Virus record (IMG/VR): IMGVR_UViG_3300018019_000008
Source: an uncultured virus (IMG/VR IMGVR_UViG_3300018019_000008)
Taxonomy: Duplodnaviria > Heunggongvirae > Uroviricota > Caudoviricetes
Strand: one strand, 5' to 3'
Length of the DNA: 64,000 nucleotides
Below the pieces are notes generated by a model. It did not search any database, was not told the DNA's origin, and saw only the letters and a list, made by a program, of their open reading frames with translations. Position numbers and translations under genes: made by a program. The first letter of the stretch is position 1, and each line of letters opens with the position of its first letter. Positions 60,201-64,000 of the stretch are shown in pieces.

Positions 60201-61226
60201 CGCATTACTTCTTCCAATCATCTCTCCCATATCAGACCAATCTCCATTAGAAGCAGTATATACAAGAACTTCGCAATCAGATTGAATGAATGGATTTAGA
60301 GTAAAGTCCCCCGCTGACCATATTACAAGAGTACAACTATTAACCGCTGTAGCATTATCTGGGGAAGCATATGGGGGCATAGGCTTACCATTTGGATTTT
60401 CCCAAAGAGGATTAACTGAGAAAGTAATGGAAGCATTAACGTTAATATTAGATTGAATATAACTTGTTGGTCTTGTTCCAAGAAGGATACTGTCATTTGC
60501 ATAAGGAGCGGTGCCTATTTCATCCCATCCGCTATTTTGCATAACTGCTCCAACTACTCCTTCATAACCGTGATATTCATCTGTAGGTTGACTTATTTCA
60601 AAAGGAGTCCCAGAATTTGACCAAATCATATCTCTTTTTCTTAAAACAGTAGTGTTTATATCGCCATATCCTTCTTGATTATCTGGACCTCGACCACCTT
60701 CTAAAGCTATGAAATTGGAAATGTCAATTCCCCATCCTTCTTTATTATAAGGATACATTGATTCAGCAGTAGTAGAAGTATCGCTTGGAACTTGTGGTAA
60801 ATCTGAACGCGGAGTCCAGAGTAAAAACTTCATCAACTCAACTGGATTAATATTTCCGAAAAATCCTTTGGTTTCTGGAAGTGGATTATTAAAGTTTTCT
60901 ACATACTTTCGCCAGAGCAAAAGTGTAAGGTCTCGTCCACCAAGATTAAGGAATCGTCCATCTTCATCCCAATCAATTTCTATATCTTCAACGAACCCTA
61001 CCCATTCTTGATTTCCATCACGCACAAATTGAATTAGGTCATTGAAAGTAACGTTAGGGTCATACTCAATTGTAGCTGTAAATTCTGGGGGAGAATCCAT
61101 TCTAACTTTCTTTTTAACATCAAATGTTGTCCACTTACGCGGGAGTCCCCAATTAGGACTTGGAGTCCCAACAATATTAGCTTGATGAGCTATATAAACT
61201 GTCCATGTTTTTCCAGATTCAGGCAT
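54276..61226 (-). CDS. Giant tail-tip/baseplate hub protein with adhesin-like insertions
   Basis: Hub-like N-terminus (WVGFVEDIE...GRDL) and C-terminal part (VSFVTGTNM...RVQVIGSGEG...YDVGDDV); follows the tape-measure-like gene. Confidence 0.7.
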   Translation of the reverse strand: MPESGKTWTVYIAHQANIVGTPSPNWGLPRKWTTFDVKKKVRMDSPPEFTATIEYDPNVTFNDLIQFVRDGNQEWVGFVEDIEIDWDEDGRFLNLGGRDLTLLLWRKYVENFNNPLPETKGFFGNINPVELMKFLLWTPRSDLPQVPSDTSTTAESMYPYNKEGWGIDISNFIALEGGRGPDNQEGYGDINTTVLRKRDMIWSNSGTPFEISQPTDEYHGYEGVVGAVMQNSGWDEIGTAPYANDSILLGTRPTSYIQSNINVNASITFSVNPLWENPNGKPMPPYASPDNATAVNSCTLVIWSAGDFTLNPFIQSDCEVLVYTASNGDWSDMGEMIGRSNALASLTFGSIYDINKLAWRIYTIDLSHVLTNVGDVNNARIKFVELGLLSTYIRYCYLQVGYASGGTIYPNPTKTSGHNPDWVNIQFNEIPCMGVYLESREHINSFPAAYHITTSGGLELFNGYTLYEASTPNPPYLALDAGQDQLTFYSYQSDNSSKIAYFYRQGINATETGPINGTINESFAFNIGTSQPCSTSTSPHNAPAFIPWCLANQIANFYTIEQEAGAFTTFDIINIGGVLYPEVRYKGSSYGTETYFAGTFVNGISNLSIGTTYWVQVIRSGTTLTYYIYNAGTMKQSELIWSCPITNAGDTFTYRYMAISYAFEGLAEIYSNNMDAFTSGGQQFINGGFETGDSTGWLLSNAEIYNDGTNAHSGIWDLYMPCTESSFNVPEECTATQSANFNPSVVYNNCTSLGFWHRGQVQGKRFQYYLVYSDNTLSPIVIVSTQTGWIFEDAKANAWTNNTKQVVNIFIDTASFDGYGVWIDDFTAQSSTANTWSTFGGNAQDSTNTTQQIQGTGCQQIQCTANGQKWYFEEDINPTSFVQVDAWVRAPPPHNQSKNGNVMAATWNQAGSNHWLTAGTAPYVRTSSDEDDNHIYVLGTVVPTWASADYCTFDNLANAFSTNGTACVPTSPCHFNVSARIQNNIGGNGAIQNIRVQAFLWVAHSGSWVQVADSGNQFSSTSWANLFAPTDISSYLTSYDDWMSAQVKFSIVGSIETSGNPAYAQFQIGQVLLNFNGTLSYGWINLLKLYNSSSVARPNPNMTSCAAVVGVETSLYANSNQQYMRFFLMENGNLVLNGEWGTSWTDFPIINGTWIQIRLIASLSAGSGYVQLYNITSGTPVLLAQFTSLNNAGTIDTVDFEAEYDPNLQVYGSGSTYATFLDAMDINTQSETYTLGVISAGLGPEITLVNTYQPITLASNASKGSSTIVLSSAPNAFFQPSMNIGIMDTFDPNGNPTNCEINVIESVNGNTITLQNPLVHSYTTANQAMCHLQNIYPDILHSWHPRNMTNVKIYADPAAGLGTSISESKSDNYNHGWEITQTYIYRTDPVKYWVRWDEALLPNNVTDPSAVQKTKEYKIEFTETGTAEEYTATYAQVNAGETILTTSQGNVKFYNNFSLILDTSTLQDTNTTDLVKVIFANGSLTQEWFEIDLNSYTGTWIVYFWGISSNGIVGVYSNLSGTYSQTITVSFIQGTYGLLIIEGDNSITPISTGNIIPFNGSGIPTSPYPTETTFTNPIDHMYVSSAYASFIEGNFNIDYSQTYSPTVNTDLGLQVYANSFAPQNFIGILIDDGQNNYVDIGTYESPFYVYEWRVDATNGVYAPKQNDVILLYTPDGGDGVGNGICYAYIGPVYSGGPYIYLADADIDLNLISYSEQTGNPSGYTQGDLFMIGPTNIPKNRLMDILFDIGTMVNDDYLPFEWWIESPSVHDPLNCIGDFHMGPRVGSDKSTSVSFVTGTNMQSVKYQRTSRDTYQRVQVIGSGEGKNQEDSSSIWSNDSEAMDEIQGFFEDIFTQKQVAGGRIADRYAKVRLKIDASPKRKNAITCKIGRDTYEHGFNSSNPNIYDVGDDVVLNDVLSGLVPNAIPNNLTSAYRIWNTEAKVDENGENITLTCQAPYLDISNVWKDVYKQLKTLGIMGVIATDWAAEGAQSNKVNPDKLSTLFSKTAKNEEVTTGQGSSDPQWFPQTNGPSGYSPSNDAGWKADTSNCAIWGGDKTNIGIVWQEARYSNKCFDAGGNNLQGQATDIPLTQEPKFTTTFEVYEPANPPYSKSGSSGTIWNIGDYIDVGMMSNPSSGVNTANGESAYLGYGTGFFFRIVCVAKGEFYVYACFSAQASDYYTGAPYGEGGYNEALYVPVSTMITNGKAKFMCGILSNTHYKATIQVEFNGVQYGNALPEVLFTIANTDINNPPVYSAVYTSFNTPNQQGTSQYLSSITVRPIYILASGSHPTPDNPPYYRCVAHFFNIKCQRNVLSDGNT

Positions 61227-61237
61227 TTTCTATTCTC

Positions 61238-61621
61238 CTACCTATATTTCTTTCTATATTCTTTATTTTCATATCGTTTTATCCAATTGCAGTTAGCACA
61301 AAGAAGTTGATAATCCTTACTACCAAGTTTAATTTGTTCAAGAATATAATAAAAATAAGTTGCACAACCATTCTTAAAATGGGTTCTTTCTTTATTTCCG
61401 CCGCCGTTAATATGGTCAATCTGTAATGCTCTCCAATCTGTCATTCCATCAGGAACAGCACAATTAAGATTAGAACACTTACTACCGAGTAGTTCAATAA
61501 TTTTCATTCTTATTTCATGAGTTCTTTCTCGCTGTTGTTTTGCTCGTTCTTCTCTATGATTTTTATTATATCTTTGCATATTGTTTAATCCATCATTTAT
61601 TTTTCTACTCATATTTATCAA
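61238..61621 (-). CDS. HNH endonuclease (subfamily B)
   Basis: RALQIDHINGGG...KDYQLLCANCNWIKRYEN; close paralog of 38899..39372. Confidence 0.85.
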   Translation of the reverse strand: MINMSRKINDGLNNMQRYNKNHREERAKQQRERTHEIRMKIIELLGSKCSNLNCAVPDGMTDWRALQIDHINGGGNKERTHFKNGCATYFYYILEQIKLGSKDYQLLCANCNWIKRYENKEYRKKYR

Positions 61622-61623
61622 CC

Positions 61624-62448
61624 TTAACGATTGTTCATTGCGATAGTCCTTGATTGCTTTTTCATAATGTCATTCATGTCATCCTTATCCATCTTTGTAT
61701 TCATTGTTTCAACGTTCATCGATGCATCTATAACTGTAGTTCCGCCCATTCCACCCGCCGCCGCTGGTGTACCTGTATGTGGATTATACACGACTTCGCC
61801 TTCATGAAGCATTGCTAAACCAGTATGAGGAACGCTCATAGTACCCATTTGATATGATGGTGCTCCACCGCCTAACACGCCAGAAGCCGCTAAACCAGCC
61901 GCCGCCGCGCCGCCAGCCAAACCACCTACCATTGCTAACCCCATTGTTGTGATGTTTTCCCATGTAAATAACAGAATAAGAGCCGCTACAATACCCATTA
62001 TTGCGGCGATAACTGCATCAGCCCACTTTGGAAAACTTTGAAGCGCATAAGACATAATCATGAATACAGCAAAAGCCGCACCTATTGAAATAGCTAAGGA
62101 TTGATATGACAAATCCATACCAAAAACAGTTACAGTATTTTGCATTTGCGCCATAGAGAGAGCTTTTGTTATTCCAGCAACCATAGACATAATACCCATT
62201 ATCTGCATGAAATTACCAGTTAATGAAAGCATTTTTCCGCCAGTACCGCCTATTTGTTGCCCTAAAACCGTAAACATAGTTCCAGCCATTAAAGCGGATT
62301 TACCCATTTCTATTTGTGCTAAAGCCATATTCTTTTGTTGTGTTATCATTCCATCTAACTGTTTCATCGCACTCATAAGTATAGCAGTTGTATAGTTTGT
62401 TGCTCTCAAAGTAAGCCAGACAGTTCTTAAATTAGTTGTTGCCGCCAT
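61624..62448 (-). CDS. Short tape-measure-like protein
   Basis: Ala/Gly/Met-rich hydrophobic helices and YQMG...GLAMLHEGEVV; downstream of the tail chaperone. Confidence 0.65.
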   Translation of the reverse strand: MAATTNLRTVWLTLRATNYTTAILMSAMKQLDGMITQQKNMALAQIEMGKSALMAGTMFTVLGQQIGGTGGKMLSLTGNFMQIMGIMSMVAGITKALSMAQMQNTVTVFGMDLSYQSLAISIGAAFAVFMIMSYALQSFPKWADAVIAAIMGIVAALILLFTWENITTMGLAMVGGLAGGAAAAGLAASGVLGGGAPSYQMGTMSVPHTGLAMLHEGEVVYNPHTGTPAAAGGMGGTTVIDASMNVETMNTKMDKDDMNDIMKKQSRTIAMNNR

Positions 62449-62454
62449 TTTTCA

Positions 62455-62901
62455 TTACTCCTGAGTATTTACTCCCATTTCGGTCAAGGCTTCATCGACA
62501 GCCATTTCAATATCTTCCGCATAAACCATATAAGCATCATCGAGGAAAGGGTCTCCCTCATAAAACATTCCGTTTCTCATTAAATGTCCATCATGAACAA
62601 GCATGGCATAATCGGATGTCGGTTTGCCACTTAATGGGTTAACAATGCTAGGGTCGCCCGCGTAAACTGAAGCGTTGAAAAAATCATTACCTGAACTTAT
62701 GGCACCGCCCTCAAGATTTATACTACTTGATAAAGCTCCTGTTTCTTTTGGGCAATAATCAATCGCCAAAGCCTTAACGTTTTCCATAATTTCTTGAAGC
62801 TCTTCTGCAACAAAAACTGGTAGCTCTTCATTTATATAAACTAGAGTATCCTCTACTTGTTGAGTAGTTCCGTCATCTGTTACTCCCATACTTATACACA
62901 T
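62455..62901 (-). CDS. HK97 gp10-like tail completion protein
   Basis: CPKETGALSSSI, YAMLVHDG, PFLDDA. Confidence 0.75.
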   Translation of the reverse strand: MCISMGVTDDGTTQQVEDTLVYINEELPVFVAEELQEIMENVKALAIDYCPKETGALSSSINLEGGAISSGNDFFNASVYAGDPSIVNPLSGKPTSDYAMLVHDGHLMRNGMFYEGDPFLDDAYMVYAEDIEMAVDEALTEMGVNTQE

Positions 62902-63082
62902 TTTTATCTTCTCCTACCACTTCGTATAGGTTGTGAATTGTATTTGTCTCTATCGTTTTTGGCTTTAATGTACTCTAATATTAAGAGCTTGTCTGCCATT
63001 GACGGACACCGACTATCTAACTCGCTGAAACTGCAATGAAGGAACTCACAGACTACCATTAGGTTGAATCCGTAGTTCGAGG

Positions 63083-63544
63083 CTAAAAATTTCCGACCAT
63101 GATTCCTAGTTTCCGATATGCATCAAATATGTATATCGTAAACATTTCTTGGAATACTAAGTCAGTATTTTCTCGCCAATATGCCGCATCATGCTTCGGT
63201 TTTGCAATTAGCTTTTCCATCATATCGAATGAATGATTCTTATACTTTTCCTGAAGAGCTTCTGGTATTTGAGTTGGGTCTTTATATGGTAGCAATTCAG
63301 TTGGAGTCATATCTTCCCACTCTTTAGCGGAAGGTCTTCGAATCCAACATAATGGCTCACCAGTATTAGGGTCTAACATTGGGTCAAGAATGTCATGGAA
63401 ACGTTTTATGTTTGCATCAAGCTCTTCAGCATTTTGTGTCATTTTCTGCTTTGCAAGTTCCATCTTTTTGATGTCTTCAGCTAATTGTTCGGGTGTCCTT
63501 TTATATCTTTCGATTATTGCTAATTTTCTTTGTTCGGATGCCAT
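63083..63544 (-). CDS. Tail assembly chaperone; a -1 frameshift product would extend to 62904
   Basis: Ends in the slippery sequence A AAT TTT TAG, and the -1 frame is open to 62904. Confidence 0.65.
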   Translation of the reverse strand: MASEQRKLAIIERYKRTPEQLAEDIKKMELAKQKMTQNAEELDANIKRFHDILDPMLDPNTGEPLCWIRRPSAKEWEDMTPTELLPYKDPTQIPEALQEKYKNHSFDMMEKLIAKPKHDAAYWRENTDLVFQEMFTIYIFDAYRKLGIMVGNF

Positions 63545-63547
63545 GAT

Positions 63548-63563
63548 TTAATCATCTGATTAA
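63548..63563. promoter_or_regulatory. Palindromic operator-like site over the predicted tail-operon transcription start
   Basis: TTAATCATCTGATTAA, about 17 bp downstream of the TATA of the promoter at 63579-63595. Confidence 0.7.
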
Positions 63564-63628
63564 TACTATGCTAATCGAGTATATAAGCCTTATGGTAACA
63601 CTTATTGTATTAAAATATATTAAAAATG

Positions 63629-64000
63629 TTAAGGACGAACTTTTTTTCTTTTTAAAAATCGATGATGCAATAACCCGTGGCATTTCGCACATAAAGTTAT
63701 GGTTTTCAAAGGTGAATAACTAATCTCATGACATAATAAATTTTTGGTTGAACCACAAACTTCACAATTAGGCTTCAATTTCTTAAAGCCATTTGCATCT
63801 TGTTGTTCATTAGCCAATATCTGTAATTTTTCTGATATATCTTTTGGAGTTTGAGAAATTATTTCAAGTTTTAATTTTGCATATTGTTCTTTTGAGAAGA
63901 AGTGTTTTCGGCATTTTTCTGAGCAAAATTGTTGTATTCCAGCCCTATAATTAGGATTTTGAATAAATTCCTTTTTACATTCTGGATTTTGACATATTAG
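63629..64000 (-). CDS. HNH-like Zn-finger protein (partial, begins beyond the right edge)
   Basis: The frame is open from 64000: CQNPECKKEF...FCSEKC...CEVCG...HEISY...LCAKCH. Confidence 0.7.
   Translation of the reverse strand, partial: LICQNPECKKEFIQNPNYRAGIQQFCSEKCRKHFFSKEQYAKLKLEIISQTPKDISEKLQILANEQQDANGFKKLKPNCEVCGSTKNLLCHEISYSPLKTITLCAKCHGLLHHRFLKRKKVRP

Noticed and set aside
2299..63039. Numerous short antisense ORFs (e.g. 2299..2658, 33210..33632, 39435..39923, 43907..44314, 48065..48472)
   Set aside because: Shadows of well-supported genes on the opposite strand, with no recognisable motifs.
1..64000. tRNA or rRNA genes, terminase, integrase, alternative genetic code
   Set aside because: None was recognised in the window, and the long genes translate intact with the standard code. 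Terminase and tail-tube genes probably lie outside the window.

Overview
This window is about 64 kb of an AT-rich, gene-dense genome, almost entirely coded on the minus strand. It looks like a tailed (Caudoviricetes-like) virus of archaea. It encodes a replication set (intein-bearing MCM, family B polymerase, fused PriS-PriL-like primase, RadA, OB-fold SSB), nucleotide enzymes (class II RNR, dCMP deaminase, a dATP/dGTP diphosphohydrolase-like and an NDT-like protein), a glycosylation cluster, head genes (portal, protease, scaffold, capsid), tail genes and about 10 free-standing HNH endonuclease genes. A conserved BRE-TATA promoter motif precedes many genes. The B1-type polymerase and single-OB SSB suggest a TACK host, possibly Bathyarchaeia (inference). 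The most notable observations are: (1) an HNH gene with its own promoter nested in another frame inside polB, with the polymerase frame open across the ~184-codon insertion and no intein or intron hallmarks; (2) a 16-bp palindrome TTAATCA-NN-TGATTAA found eight times, mostly at two fixed positions relative to promoters; (3) a tail-chaperone -1 frameshift; (4) recurrent putative protease-cleavage and targeting motifs in head proteins; (5) an apparently circularly permuted metallophosphoesterase; (6) a candidate structured ncRNA. All family calls come from motif recognition by eye; no database searches were run.
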